From Spirochaetaceae bacterium (GTDB lineage: Bacteria > Spirochaetota > Spirochaetia > DSM-27196 > SLAA01): 31,606 nt of DNA. The DNA lies in NCBI GenBank assembly GCA_003564775.1, contig PXEI01000170.1, forward strand, positions 1 to 31,606, written 5' to 3'. Of this stretch, positions 7,369-17,070 are shown piece by piece; within the stretch, counting starts at the first letter, position 1, and every line of letters begins with the position of its first letter. Made by a program: the position numbers and the translations under genes. The notes under the pieces were generated by a model. It searched no databases. It was not told the origin of the DNA and worked only from the letters and a program-made list of their open reading frames with translations.

Positions 7369-8981
7369 GCTGCGCTCTTGATACGGCGGCGGCGAATTAT
7401 TCGCATAGCCCCAAACAGCAGAACAAATGCCGGAATAACGACTATGTTCACCCACTGAGCAAAGCGAACCACCGCCGCTCGCAGGTTGGAACTGGAAAGC
7501 CCGTTCAGTCGCAGATCTTGTGATGTCCGTCCCAGCAGGGCAAGCAGGTCTTCATCACCAGCGAGCCAGTGTCCTGCAGCCGTCAAAAAGCGGAGATTCC
7601 GCATTGGATCCTCTCCAAGCTCCAGAAAGTCGCTAAAGGTGTACCCGCCACCCACCAACAACAACCTGCCGTCATCGGCCATCTCGTCGGATCTCTGGGT
7701 TCCAGCATGCGCTCCGGCATCAGATCCAACATCCTCTCCAGCATCTGATCCAGCATCCGCATAGAACGGGAAGCTACCGGACAGCGCCATGACAACGCCT
7801 ATGCGATCACCCCCCTCACGCCAGATGCGATCATAGACGTCCTCCCCCAGCGCCGGGTTGGTGGCAAAGGGACTGTCCATCACCCGACCTTCGTACGATG
7901 TCGTATACAGTTGAGTCAACTGCAAACCGGGTGGAGACTCACCAAGAGGTTCAATCCGACTTGGCCAGAAGAGGTCTATGCCCGCCACGGCCTCGCTCAC
8001 CGGGTGCCCGGGCGCAGCGTTGCGCGACATGAGCGTAATCCAGTGTGGATACCGGACAAAGCTCTCTGGGCCACCGCCAGCGCCAGCTAAGGGTACTATC
8101 ATGTGGAAACGGTCTAGAACCAACTCACGGGAAACCCTCACCCCGTACTGTTCTAGCAGCAGATCAAGATCCGAGGGTGGGAGTTCTCGCGCCGTAAGCT
8201 CGTCGTCAAGCTGGACATGGACGCCCTCGATACTGAGCATTACCCCGCCGCCTGCTGCCAGAAACTCGCCGATCTGAGCAACGGTTGTCCCACTGAGATC
8301 CTTGTTGCCAAAAACAAAAAGCATGTCCGCCGACGCCGGAATCTGGTCACCTTGTTCAACCAATCTGACGGCAAAGCGCTCGGAAAGCCGTAACAAGGCA
8401 TTCTGATAGGCTGATCGAAGCTCAAGCTCTTGATTGCCGCTCATCACGGCAATCTCGAAGGCTCGCTCGGTGATCATTTCATCCCAGGCTGATACCAGCT
8501 CGTACTCTAGCTCCTCGGAGTCCAGCACAAAGGGGAGAACAGTTTGTGAGTCACCATACCCGAGTACAACTCCAGAAAACACGGTAACCAGACTCTGGCT
8601 GTCGCGATCTCGGTCAGTAAGTTGCTGAGGTAGTAGTCCAAGATCCAAAGCCGTCTCACGGTGTTCCGGATCGCTCGCGTCAAGCACCTGTAACTCTACC
8701 AAAGGCGAGATTGCGGCAAACTCCTCCAGATACTCGCGGATTCGTTCCGGTTCACCACTATAGGACTCCAGGCGTGGACTCAGGAAGTAGCGGATGCGCA
8801 CTGGATTCTCAAGTTGTTCAAGCCGCTCACGAGCAGGCGGGGAAATTGTGTAGAGCTGTCCAGTCGTGAGGTCTATCCGCCCACTCACCTGTGAGCCAAG
8901 TACACCCGCAACAACAAAAGCCAGAGGGACCAGTACAAAGTACACAAGCCTGTATCGTGCTGGGCTCTGCATACTATGCAC
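7320..8981 (-). CDS. GldG-like ABC-transporter-associated membrane/periplasmic protein
   Basis: N-terminal TM, RIDLT..QLYTISP, PVRIRYFLS, FSGVVL.YG and a C-terminal NL.FL..A..WL plus TM; lies downstream of the ABC ATPase and permease. Confidence 0.82.
   Translation of the reverse strand: MHSMQSPARYRLVYFVLVPLAFVVAGVLGSQVSGRIDLTTGQLYTISPPARERLEQLENPVRIRYFLSPRLESYSGEPERIREYLEEFAAISPLVELQVLDASDPEHRETALDLGLLPQQLTDRDRDSQSLVTVFSGVVLGYGDSQTVLPFVLDSEELEYELVSAWDEMITERAFEIAVMSGNQELELRSAYQNALLRLSERFAVRLVEQGDQIPASADMLFVFGNKDLSGTTVAQIGEFLAAGGGVMLSIEGVHVQLDDELTARELPPSDLDLLLEQYGVRVSRELVLDRFHMIVPLAGAGGGPESFVRYPHWITLMSRNAAPGHPVSEAVAGIDLFWPSRIEPLGESPPGLQLTQLYTTSYEGRVMDSPFATNPALGEDVYDRIWREGGDRIGVVMALSGSFPFYADAGSDAGEDVGSDAGAHAGTQRSDEMADDGRLLLVGGGYTFSDFLELGEDPMRNLRFLTAAGHWLAGDEDLLALLGRTSQDLRLNGLSSSNLRAAVVRFAQWVNIVVIPAFVLLFGAMRIIRRRRIKSAAYVDSTEASSPATKRR
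7702..7761 (-). repeat. Five degenerate 12-nt repeats inside the GldG-like gene (DAGS/DAGE/DVGS/DAGA/HAGT-type units)
   Basis: Plus strand: ccagcatgcgct ccggcatcagat ccaacatcctct ccagcatctgat ccagcatccgca. Confidence 0.75.
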
Positions 8982-9696
8982 GCCTCCGCGCTTCCAAAAC
9001 CAGGGACGTCACATAGAGGCATAGTGCTGTGAGCCAGACGTAGTACCACAACGCACGAACATCCAATACACCACGGACAAACCCGTCAAAATGGGTGTCC
9101 AGTGACACATACCGGAACACCGCAAGAAAAGGCGCAGGTAAGCTCAGCACCGAATCAAGACGCCCAATAAGGGTGAGCACCAACAGCAGTCCGGCGGCGC
9201 CGGTGAACGCGGTACTTTGGTTAGTGCACCACACCGAGACAAACAGACCAAGGGCAACAGCCGTACCGGAGAGAAGAACCGTTCCGATGTACTCCGCAGT
9301 AATTTGACCAAGATCAAACTCCCCTAACGGCATGAGCAAAAAAGCAACTGGCACGGTGAGAAGCACCATAACCAGCACAACCGTCATAGTTCCAAGATAC
9401 TTACCAAGAACGAGCTCCCAACTTCGGAGTGGCAGCGTGAGCAAGAGCTCCGAGGTTCCAAGTCTGTACTCCTCGGCCCAACCTTTCATGGTAAGGGCGG
9501 GAATCACCAGCACCATGAGGATAGGCACGGCTGCGAAATATCCACGCAGGCTGGCCGTATCGCGCGCCAGAAAACCGTAGATGAAAAAGAACCATAACGC
9601 AGCGGCGCTCAGGAAAAAGCCGATAGCGAGGAACACCGGAGGGCTGGAGAAGTGTATTCGGAGCTCTTTCTTGGTCAAGGCAAGTAACCGTGTCAT
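8974..9696 (-). CDS. ABC-2 type permease (GldF-like)
   Basis: KKELR.HFSSP, PALTMKGWAEEYRLGTSELLLTLP and LVLGKYLG, with about 6 TM segments. Confidence 0.88.
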   Translation of the reverse strand: MTRLLALTKKELRIHFSSPPVFLAIGFFLSAAALWFFFIYGFLARDTASLRGYFAAVPILMVLVIPALTMKGWAEEYRLGTSELLLTLPLRSWELVLGKYLGTMTVVLVMVLLTVPVAFLLMPLGEFDLGQITAEYIGTVLLSGTAVALGLFVSVWCTNQSTAFTGAAGLLLVLTLIGRLDSVLSLPAPFLAVFRYVSLDTHFDGFVRGVLDVRALWYYVWLTALCLYVTSLVLEARRRA

Positions 9697-10670
9697 GGCT
9701 GCCGATCCTCTGTTGTGAGAACGCGGAACACTTCCTCAAGCCCGCCCGCAGTCGGTTCCAGTCTTTTGAGCTTGAGCCCTTGCGCCGAGGCAAAATCAAA
9801 CAGAACCTGGGGTCCTTCTGCCTCCGGCTGAAGTCGCACCAGCAACGCTCTGGCACTGTGCTCAGGAACAACACCGGCTATCCCGGGTGTGGAGTCCAGT
9901 GCCACAACAATGTCGTCATTATGCGGGGGATCAAACTCCACCCGTATCAGCTCGCCCATACCGGACGCCAGGTCATGCCGCAATGTATCGATATCTCCAC
10001 GACCCACCACCCGCCCATGATGAAGTATCACCGCATCACGACAAACGGCCTCGATCTCACTTAGCACATGGCTTGAGACTATTACCGTAGCCTCCTGTCC
10101 AAGCTCGCGAATGAGTTCCCGCATTTCATGAGTCTGATTGGGATCAAGTGCCGAAGTGGGCTCATCAAGAACAAGCACCTTTGGTGTACCTATGAGCGCA
10201 GCAGCGACCGCTACCCGCTGCTTGAAGCCCCGGGAGAGAGTACCAATAACCCGTTGTCGAACCTCTGATATGCCCACCCGCTCGATCACAAGCTCCAGCT
10301 GTTCCCGGAAGACGTGTCTTCCAGGGAGCTTGCGTCCTGATCCTTTGTCTCCGGCTGAGTGCCCACGTGCCACCGAAACAAACTCCAACAGCTCATAAGG
10401 AGTGAGTTCGGGATAAAGCGGTGCGTTTTCCGGAACGTAACCGATCTGGGCTCGAGCCTGGGTAGAATGAGTCCCAATATCCAACCCGCAGATCCGAACC
10501 GTACCGGAGTCCGGATACAGGTACCCGGTCAGCAGTCGCATAAGCGTGGTCTTCCCAGCCCCATTCGGACCAAGGAGCCCGGTAACTTGCTGCGAGCCCA
10601 ACGAGAAACTCACCTGGTCGACAGCCTTGAGTTTCCCGTAGCTTTTACTCAGCGCGTGTACATCTATCAT
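9693..10670 (-). CDS. ABC transporter ATP-binding protein (GldA-like)
   Basis: Walker A GPNGAGKTT, signature LSRGFKQR, Walker B VLVLDEP and H-loop SSH. Confidence 0.93.
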   Translation of the reverse strand: MIDVHALSKSYGKLKAVDQVSFSLGSQQVTGLLGPNGAGKTTLMRLLTGYLYPDSGTVRICGLDIGTHSTQARAQIGYVPENAPLYPELTPYELLEFVSVARGHSAGDKGSGRKLPGRHVFREQLELVIERVGISEVRQRVIGTLSRGFKQRVAVAAALIGTPKVLVLDEPTSALDPNQTHEMRELIRELGQEATVIVSSHVLSEIEAVCRDAVILHHGRVVGRGDIDTLRHDLASGMGELIRVEFDPPHNDDIVVALDSTPGIAGVVPEHSARALLVRLQPEAEGPQVLFDFASAQGLKLKRLEPTAGGLEEVFRVLTTEDRQP

Positions 10671-10673
10671 GGC

Positions 10674-11609
10674 TTACTCAATGTAGGGTATCGTAAGCAC
10701 CATGCGATCTCTGGTGAGAAAGCTCTCAGGAAAAATGTTTTGCGCTTCCTTAAGGAGAATCTTTAACTGTCGGTCGGTGTACCGCGGTGAGTAGTGAATA
10801 AGGCCGACTCGTCGCACTCCGGCTTCCTTGGCAAGGCGCCCCGCGTCCGACGCCGTCATATGACGTTTTTCTTGAGCGCTTTCCCTGAACTCGTCATGGA
10901 ACATGCCTTCGCAGATCAAGAGATCCGAATCTCTCACCTCTTCGACGATACTCGGGAGATAAAGACTGTCTGTCACGTAGGAAACCTTGCGCCCGGCGCG
11001 AGTTGCACCCACCACCTGGTTAGACTCAACTGTCCGCCCGTCATCCAGTTCAACTTTCTCTCCGCGCTGCAACTGTCCCCATTGTGGACCGCGGGGAACC
11101 CCCAATGACGCCGCTGCCTCCGGTGAAAACACTCCTGGCCGGGAGTCCTCTTCCAGTACATAGCCTACACATACCTTGGTATGCCGCAAAGGAATGGAGC
11201 GAACTCGAAAGCCCTCTCCCTCATATACCGTCTGCACGACAGATGGATCCTTGATCTCTTGCACAACAATCTCGTAATTGATGTACATCTCCAGCACTCG
11301 GCGGGCAGTATCCACATACTCCTTGATCCGTGGTGGGCCAATTATGTAGAGCGGTTCGCTCCTATCCACCTGAGATGAAAGCATGAGCATTCCCGGCAGT
11401 CCGGTTACATGGTCAGCGTGGGTATGAGAAATAAAGATCGCGTTAATCTTCTTCCACTTAAGGTTGAGCGCTCGCAGGGAAACCTGCGTTCCTTCGCCAG
11501 CATCGAACAAAAACAGGTCACCTTCGCGACGTAGTAGCATTGAGGTGAGATGACGCCCCGGGAGCGGCATCATGCCGCCGCACCCGAGAATAAAGGCTTC
11601 CATGTTCAT
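10674..11609 (-). CDS. rnz: Ribonuclease Z
   Basis: LGCGGMMP, LFDAGEGTQ, HTHADH, exosite GVPRGP, YVTDS, CEGMF, HMTA and LIHYSPRY. The start could be the second Met at 11603. Confidence 0.93.
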   Translation of the reverse strand: MNMEAFILGCGGMMPLPGRHLTSMLLRREGDLFLFDAGEGTQVSLRALNLKWKKINAIFISHTHADHVTGLPGMLMLSSQVDRSEPLYIIGPPRIKEYVDTARRVLEMYINYEIVVQEIKDPSVVQTVYEGEGFRVRSIPLRHTKVCVGYVLEEDSRPGVFSPEAAASLGVPRGPQWGQLQRGEKVELDDGRTVESNQVVGATRAGRKVSYVTDSLYLPSIVEEVRDSDLLICEGMFHDEFRESAQEKRHMTASDAGRLAKEAGVRRVGLIHYSPRYTDRQLKILLKEAQNIFPESFLTRDRMVLTIPYIE

Positions 11610-11618
11610 AGATAGTTA

Positions 11619-12788
11619 TTAGATCTCTACATCCGCATCATAGTCAACGTTGTCAAAATCAAAACCGTGGATATTCAGGAATGACTGTCTATAGCCGGTA
11701 ATATCGGCAAGCTCGTCAACGTTGTCAGACTTCACCAGGTCCCAGCGACGGGTTACTTCTTCCTGAACGTCCTCTCGCATCTCCCAGTCGTCCAGGCGTA
11801 TACGGCCTTGTTCGTCTACTGGCACCTCTTCAGCGACACACAGACGCTCGGCCAGCAAACGGTACATCTGTTCAATGCAGTCTTCATGCAGCCCCTTCTC
11901 CTTCATGACGTTGAACAGAAGGGCAAAATACAGGGGCACAACCGGTATTACGGCGCTCGCGCGGCTCACTACTGCCTTGTTCACGGAAACAAAAGCTGAG
12001 CCGCCATTTGCTTCCTTAAGCTGAGTATCCAAGGTGTGCGCAGTTGCCTCAAGATGATCCTTAGCCGCACCAATTGTCCCGTCGCGATACACCGGTTTCG
12101 TGAGCTCGGGGCCGATGTAGGAGTACGCAATGGTCCGCGCACCCGGGGCGAGTGCGTCGGCTTCCAGGAGCTTACTTATCCAGATATTCCAGTCGTCACC
12201 GCCCATAACCCGTACCGTGGACTCGACCTCGGCTTTGGATGCTGGCTCAATGCGCACGGTTGTGATTTCTGAGTTGAGAGGGTCTATGCTCTTGGAGATA
12301 AAGGGCTTGGAAAGCGGCTTGAGCGCGCTCCGGTACTGCTCCTGGGTGTCAGGGTCGGTACGGACGCCAGCCGCAAGGCTGTAGATAACAAGATCAACCT
12401 GCCCAAGTTCTGCCTTAAGACGCTTGATAGTTGCCGCCTTCATCTCGTGTGAGAAGGCGTCACCGTACAGAGAAACACTTTTTCTACCGGCCTCTTCCGC
12501 AAACTGGTCGAAGGCGTGAGTGCTGTACCAGCCTACGGTACCGGTTCGCTTTCCGACAGGCCCACGTTCGTAAGCGATCCCGATGGTATCTGCATCGGAT
12601 CCAAAAGCAAATGCTATCCGGGATGCCAGCCCATAACCACCGGACGAACCTATAATGAGCACTCGCTTTGGCCCGTCGACCTTTGGCTGAGATTTAACGT
12701 ACTCTATTTGACGTCGAACGAACTCCTTACATCCAACAGGGTGTGCGTTCATACATATGTTGTTCCGAACCATTGGTTTAACGACCAT
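11619..12788 (-). CDS. fabV: Enoyl-ACP reductase FabV / trans-2-enoyl-CoA reductase
   Basis: AHPVGC, GSSGGYGLASR, GDAFS, VIYSLA, YSYIG..Y..GTIG.AK and IRLDDWE; SD-like GGAAGG upstream. Confidence 0.95.
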   Translation of the reverse strand: MVVKPMVRNNICMNAHPVGCKEFVRRQIEYVKSQPKVDGPKRVLIIGSSGGYGLASRIAFAFGSDADTIGIAYERGPVGKRTGTVGWYSTHAFDQFAEEAGRKSVSLYGDAFSHEMKAATIKRLKAELGQVDLVIYSLAAGVRTDPDTQEQYRSALKPLSKPFISKSIDPLNSEITTVRIEPASKAEVESTVRVMGGDDWNIWISKLLEADALAPGARTIAYSYIGPELTKPVYRDGTIGAAKDHLEATAHTLDTQLKEANGGSAFVSVNKAVVSRASAVIPVVPLYFALLFNVMKEKGLHEDCIEQMYRLLAERLCVAEEVPVDEQGRIRLDDWEMREDVQEEVTRRWDLVKSDNVDELADITGYRQSFLNIHGFDFDNVDYDADVEI

Positions 12789-12827
12789 TTTTGCTTACCT
12801 TCCCAGTAGAAAATTAGTGGAGGCTAC

Positions 12828-12856
12828 AGGCTACCCTATGCAAGCGAAAAAGGCAA
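12828..12856 (-). promoter_or_regulatory. Sigma70-type promoter of the fabV-rnz-ABC run
   Basis: Minus strand TTGCCT (12856-12851), N17, TAGCCT (12833-12828). Confidence 0.5.
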
Positions 12857-12872
12857 CTGCACTACCCGTAGC

Positions 12873-12901
12873 TTGACGACGGTCTACAGTCTCTATACGA
12901 T
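12873..12901 (+). promoter_or_regulatory. Sigma70-type promoter of the HisD-like run
   Basis: TTGACG (12873-12878), N17, TACGAT (12896-12901). SD GGAGG at 12927-12931 precedes ATG 12939. Confidence 0.65.
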
Positions 12902-12938
12902 CAATTATTAACCATTGGAACAACGTGGAGGATATTCA

Positions 12939-14249
12939 ATGCAGATTGCTATGCGCCGCTGGAGCCAGACTTCGGAACAAGAACGTGCACGACTTTTGGC
13001 CAGGTCGGAACAAGATATCAACGCCGTTATGCCACAAATTCAGGAGCTGATAGACATGGTTCGCACCGAGGGTGATCAAGCATTGCTCCGGCTCACCAAG
13101 CGCTTTGACAAGGCAGATCTTTCCGAAATTGGCCTCCGTGTCAGCGAGTCCGAGTTTGATGCCGCAGAAGCACAGCTCTCGGAAGAGGTCAAGGAGGCCC
13201 TTAGATACGCGGTTGAGAATGTCCGGCGCTATCATGAGCCGCAACATAGTAACTGTATGTCGATGCAGGAGATACGGCCTGGTATAATCGGCGGCGAACG
13301 CTTTACGCCCATAGACTCGGTCGGTCTTTACGTACCGGGTGGACGAGGCAGTTTCCCGTCCATGCTCTACATGCTCGCCGTACCTGCGAAGATCGCCGGA
13401 GTCCCGCAAATCATCGTTGTAACACCGCCTTTGCCGGACGGAACCGTTGACCCGGCATCACTGTACGCAGCAAGACTCTGTGGCGTAGACGAGGTGTATC
13501 GTGTGGGTGGAGCTCAGGCAATTGCCGCACTCGCCTTTGGTACCGAGACCATTCCAAAGGTGCTGAAAATGGAAGGCCCCGGCAGTATGTACGTTACCGC
13601 CGCCAAGCGTTTGCTTTCCGGACAGATTGATATTGGAATGCCCGCAGGCCCCTCGGAGTCTATAGTATTGGCCGACGCTGAAGCCGACCCGTGGAAGGTG
13701 GCGCTGGATCTTCTCATTGAAGCCGAGCACGGCTCTGATAGTTCGGCACTCCTGGTCACCCACAGTACGGCGCTGGCAGAGGCGGTTGCAGCAATAGTCC
13801 CGGACATGGTTGCCGATGCCCCCGAGCCAAGGCGAACCTTCCTGACCGACGTGCTGACCGGTTATGGTGGTATTCTCATTGCAGAAGACCTCCAGGAGTC
13901 AGCCGATATTGTGAATCAGTTTGCACCGGAGCATTTGCAGATTCAGACCCGAGATCCTTTCCACACACTTAGCCTCATTCGCAATGCGTCGGAAATCCTT
14001 CTTGGTGAACATGCCGCTTTTTCACTTGCCAACTATGCCGCAGGCGCCAATGCCGTCCTGCCAACTGGCGGCAACGCCCGAACGTACTCGCCAATATCGG
14101 TCCATAACTTCCAGAAGATGTCGTCGGTAGTCTACATCTCCGAGGAGGCCCAGAAAGCCATGCAGAAGCACGTTGTGCAGTTGGCCGACCATGAGGGCTT
14201 TTTTACACATGCCGCGGCTTTGCGCCGCCGTAACGAGTCGCTAACCTAG
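12939..14249 (+). CDS. hisD: Histidinol dehydrogenase family protein with atypical active site
   Basis: GLYVPGG, VGGAQAIAALAFGT, GPG, MPAGPSE, AEH, APEHL and VLPT confirm the family. Several canonical residues are substituted (see findings), so histidinol activity is not assured. Start placed at ATG 12939 with SD. Confidence 0.85.
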   Translation: MQIAMRRWSQTSEQERARLLARSEQDINAVMPQIQELIDMVRTEGDQALLRLTKRFDKADLSEIGLRVSESEFDAAEAQLSEEVKEALRYAVENVRRYHEPQHSNCMSMQEIRPGIIGGERFTPIDSVGLYVPGGRGSFPSMLYMLAVPAKIAGVPQIIVVTPPLPDGTVDPASLYAARLCGVDEVYRVGGAQAIAALAFGTETIPKVLKMEGPGSMYVTAAKRLLSGQIDIGMPAGPSESIVLADAEADPWKVALDLLIEAEHGSDSSALLVTHSTALAEAVAAIVPDMVADAPEPRRTFLTDVLTGYGGILIAEDLQESADIVNQFAPEHLQIQTRDPFHTLSLIRNASEILLGEHAAFSLANYAAGANAVLPTGGNARTYSPISVHNFQKMSSVVYISEEAQKAMQKHVVQLADHEGFFTHAAALRRRNESLT

Positions 14250-15643
14250 TGAAATCTGGTGAGAACGAGGCGGAACTCGCCGAACTTGAGTCGATCTTTT
14301 GCGAGTTCGAGTCGTACACCAATCTTGAGCACGGTGGTGGTGCCCAGACGCGGCACTACCGCCTGGAAAGAATGCAAAGATGGCTGCAAGTTCTAGGCAA
14401 CCCACAGCAGAGGTTCCGCGCTGTGCATATTGCGGGCTCCAAGGGCAAAGGCTCAACCGCAACAATGATAGATGCGGTTCTAAGAGCCAGCGGCGAGAAG
14501 GTGGGGCGTTATACATCTCCCCACATTAACTCCTATAGAGAAAGAATCAGCATACACGGGGCCCCCGCGCCTACAGAGTTGCTGCTCCCCATCTTACGAT
14601 ATCTACGCCAGGAGTTCCGCCAAACACAGTTGGAGTACCAGCCCACCACCTTTGAAGCGCTTACCCTTGCCGCGTTTCTGTGTTTTGCGGAGGCAGGCCT
14701 CGACCGGGTCGTGGTTGAGACCGGGCTAGGCGGACGACTTGATGCAACCAACCTTGTACTACCTGAGTTGGTTGTGCTAACGCCTATTGAACTTGAGCAC
14801 ACTGAGTACTTAGGCGACACCATTGCCGAGATCGCTTCAGAAAAGGCAGGGATCATCAAGGCGAAGGTACCAGTGGTCGCAGCCGCCCTCAGACCGGACG
14901 CCCATACGGTTGTTCTACGCCGCTCCGAGGAGCTTGCTTCACCGCTCTACTTTCTTGCCCCGCGTCTCCAACAGCTCACTCGCAGCTCCGAAATCGATGG
15001 TGATTCAGTGGAAATTGTTCTGCAGGATCCGGATATTCATGTCTTTACCCGCCTCCAGATGCGCGGAAGAGTGCAGGCCCACAACGCGGCCCTGGCAACC
15101 CTGGCGGTGCGCCTGATCCGACCAGACCTCTCGGCCGAGACTATTGGCACCGGGTTGGCAGCGGCGAGGCTACCGGCACGTGGGGAGTTATTTCGACTGA
15201 GCCCACCCGTTATGCTGGACGGCGCGCACACACCCGACTCGGTCAACTCGGTCTATGAGACCTTTACTGAGATGTTTCCGGGTGATGCGGTTCTGATATT
15301 TGGAGCGGTGGAGGGTAAGGACATAAGAGGGATGCTGGAGCACCTACCCCCGCAGTTCAGCCGGATTGTTGTCTCTCGGCCCGGTCACTTTCGACCAAGC
15401 AATCCCAGAGCAGTCCAGGCGTTGTGTGTTGAACTGGGCCGAAGCGCGGAGCTTGCAGAGGAGCCAGAGGCGGCTTTGGCATTGGCTCGCAGACCAGGAG
15501 TCCCTATACTGATACTCGGTTCGTTCTTCCTGGCGGGCGAGTTCCGGCCTCTGCTTGCCGCAGAGGAACACACCGCTTTCGGAAAGACCATTCCCGGCAG
15601 CTCAACCTTGCCCGGTATACAAGGCACGACAGCATGTCCTTAA
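14249..15643 (+). CDS. folC: Folylpolyglutamate synthase / dihydrofolate synthase
   Basis: HIAGSKGKGST, YTSPH..ERI, TFEALT, ETGLGGRLDATN, IASEKAGIIK, LDGAH and GSFFLAG. GTG start overlaps the upstream TAG. Confidence 0.92.
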   Translation: MKSGENEAELAELESIFCEFESYTNLEHGGGAQTRHYRLERMQRWLQVLGNPQQRFRAVHIAGSKGKGSTATMIDAVLRASGEKVGRYTSPHINSYRERISIHGAPAPTELLLPILRYLRQEFRQTQLEYQPTTFEALTLAAFLCFAEAGLDRVVVETGLGGRLDATNLVLPELVVLTPIELEHTEYLGDTIAEIASEKAGIIKAKVPVVAAALRPDAHTVVLRRSEELASPLYFLAPRLQQLTRSSEIDGDSVEIVLQDPDIHVFTRLQMRGRVQAHNAALATLAVRLIRPDLSAETIGTGLAAARLPARGELFRLSPPVMLDGAHTPDSVNSVYETFTEMFPGDAVLIFGAVEGKDIRGMLEHLPPQFSRIVVSRPGHFRPSNPRAVQALCVELGRSAELAEEPEAALALARRPGVPILILGSFFLAGEFRPLLAAEEHTAFGKTIPGSSTLPGIQGTTACP

Positions 15644-17070
15644 ACTGGCGCGAAATTGACCGGGTACTCCAGGAGCTGCAGCTCAGCGGAACTCATATTC
15701 AACGCATACTCCAACCCGACTTTTCGCGACTGGTACTGGAACTCTACCGCCCGGGTGAGGCGTTCCAGGTAGCGGTGGTCTTGAAACCAGGTGTTGTCAG
15801 GATGCATCGGATTGGGAAAGCTTACAAGAAACCAAAGACTCAGCAGCGCTTTGCCGCGCTACTGAGTTCCCGCCTGAAGGGTGCCCGCATTGAATCAGCA
15901 TACCAGTACGACCGCGAACGCATAATCAGAATACTCTATCAACGCGCCGATGAACGGGGTCTACTCTGGATACGCCTCTGGAGCGGTGCAGCAAATATCA
16001 TTCTTACCAGCGAAGACCACACAATTATCGACGCCTACTTCCGCCGCCCCAAACGCAACGAGGTTAGCGGTGGACGGTTTGAGTTACCGGCTCCAGGTCT
16101 CCAGGACCTATCTACCCGCTTTGCTAAATCCGAAGCGTTCACCTTGCGCTCGGGTGACGCTGGAGAACACAACGAAAACCGTTTTCTTGAGCAATGGTAC
16201 ACCGAGTTGGACGCCGCTCCGCTTAAGGACGGTACTGAGGCAACTCGTGGAGCCGCTGAGCACAAACTGGAAGAACTCCAGGCCGACCTTTTGCGCCGCA
16301 GAAGCAAGGCGGAAGAGCGACTCAACTCGACCGCGGACTATCGGCAGCTAAAAAACCAGGCCGACATTGTCATGGGGAATCAACACCTTGTTCAGGCTGG
16401 CGCAACAGAGTTGGTGACCGAGGATGAACACGGAAATACGCTGCGCATTCCGCTGGATCCGCAACTTCCTCCCTATGCGACTGCGGAGAAGCTGTACGAG
16501 CGCGCCAAACGACTACGAGCAACCGCAGCACATGCAAACGAAGAGCTCACAGCAATTCTCCGCGAAGAAGAACAGCTGACCCGCTTCGCCTGGGAACTCA
16601 CCCAAGGTAACATACCCTTAGAACTTCAGCCCGCTAAGGGAGCTGAACAACGCAAGGGCTCGGCCGCCGAGGAACAACGCCCCGGATTGCGCTTTTCCTC
16701 CGGGGGTTTCGTTATCCTGGTTGGACGAAATGCGCGGGAAAACGACGGGCTCCTGCGGCGGTATGTACGTGGAAATGATACGTGGCTGCATACCCGAGAC
16801 TATCCAGGCGGATACGTTTTTGTAAAACAGCAACCCGGAAAAACTGTTCCACTTGAGGTGCTGATAGATGCCGGTCAACTCGCAGTCCACTACAGTAAAG
16901 CACGCGGAGAACAGACTGTTGAGTTATACTATACACAGGTCAAACACCTGCGACGCGCTAAGCACGGCGCCCTTGGGCTGGTTATTCCAACTCAGGAGAA
17001 GAATCTTCGAGTTCAAGCCGACTCCGGTCGACTACAGCGCGTACTTTCCAGCAATGATTCAATGAGGTGA
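15634..17070 (+). CDS. NFACT-family protein (RqcH/Rqc2/FbpA-like)
   Basis: N-terminal NFACT-N-like region (RIIRI, GAANIILT...IIDAY), coiled-coil middle, and NFACT-R motifs VGRNARENDGL, WLHTRDYPGGYV, AGQLAVHYSKAR and YTQVKHLRR. Confidence 0.85.
   Translation: MSLNWREIDRVLQELQLSGTHIQRILQPDFSRLVLELYRPGEAFQVAVVLKPGVVRMHRIGKAYKKPKTQQRFAALLSSRLKGARIESAYQYDRERIIRILYQRADERGLLWIRLWSGAANIILTSEDHTIIDAYFRRPKRNEVSGGRFELPAPGLQDLSTRFAKSEAFTLRSGDAGEHNENRFLEQWYTELDAAPLKDGTEATRGAAEHKLEELQADLLRRRSKAEERLNSTADYRQLKNQADIVMGNQHLVQAGATELVTEDEHGNTLRIPLDPQLPPYATAEKLYERAKRLRATAAHANEELTAILREEEQLTRFAWELTQGNIPLELQPAKGAEQRKGSAAEEQRPGLRFSSGGFVILVGRNARENDGLLRRYVRGNDTWLHTRDYPGGYVFVKQQPGKTVPLEVLIDAGQLAVHYSKARGEQTVELYYTQVKHLRRAKHGALGLVIPTQEKNLRVQADSGRLQRVLSSNDSMR

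Noticed and set aside
323-7761. Tandem repeats as a possible CRISPR array or mobile-element ends
   Set aside because: Units are 9-21 nt, multiples of 3, adjacent without spacers and in frame inside genes. There are no cas or transposase ORFs.
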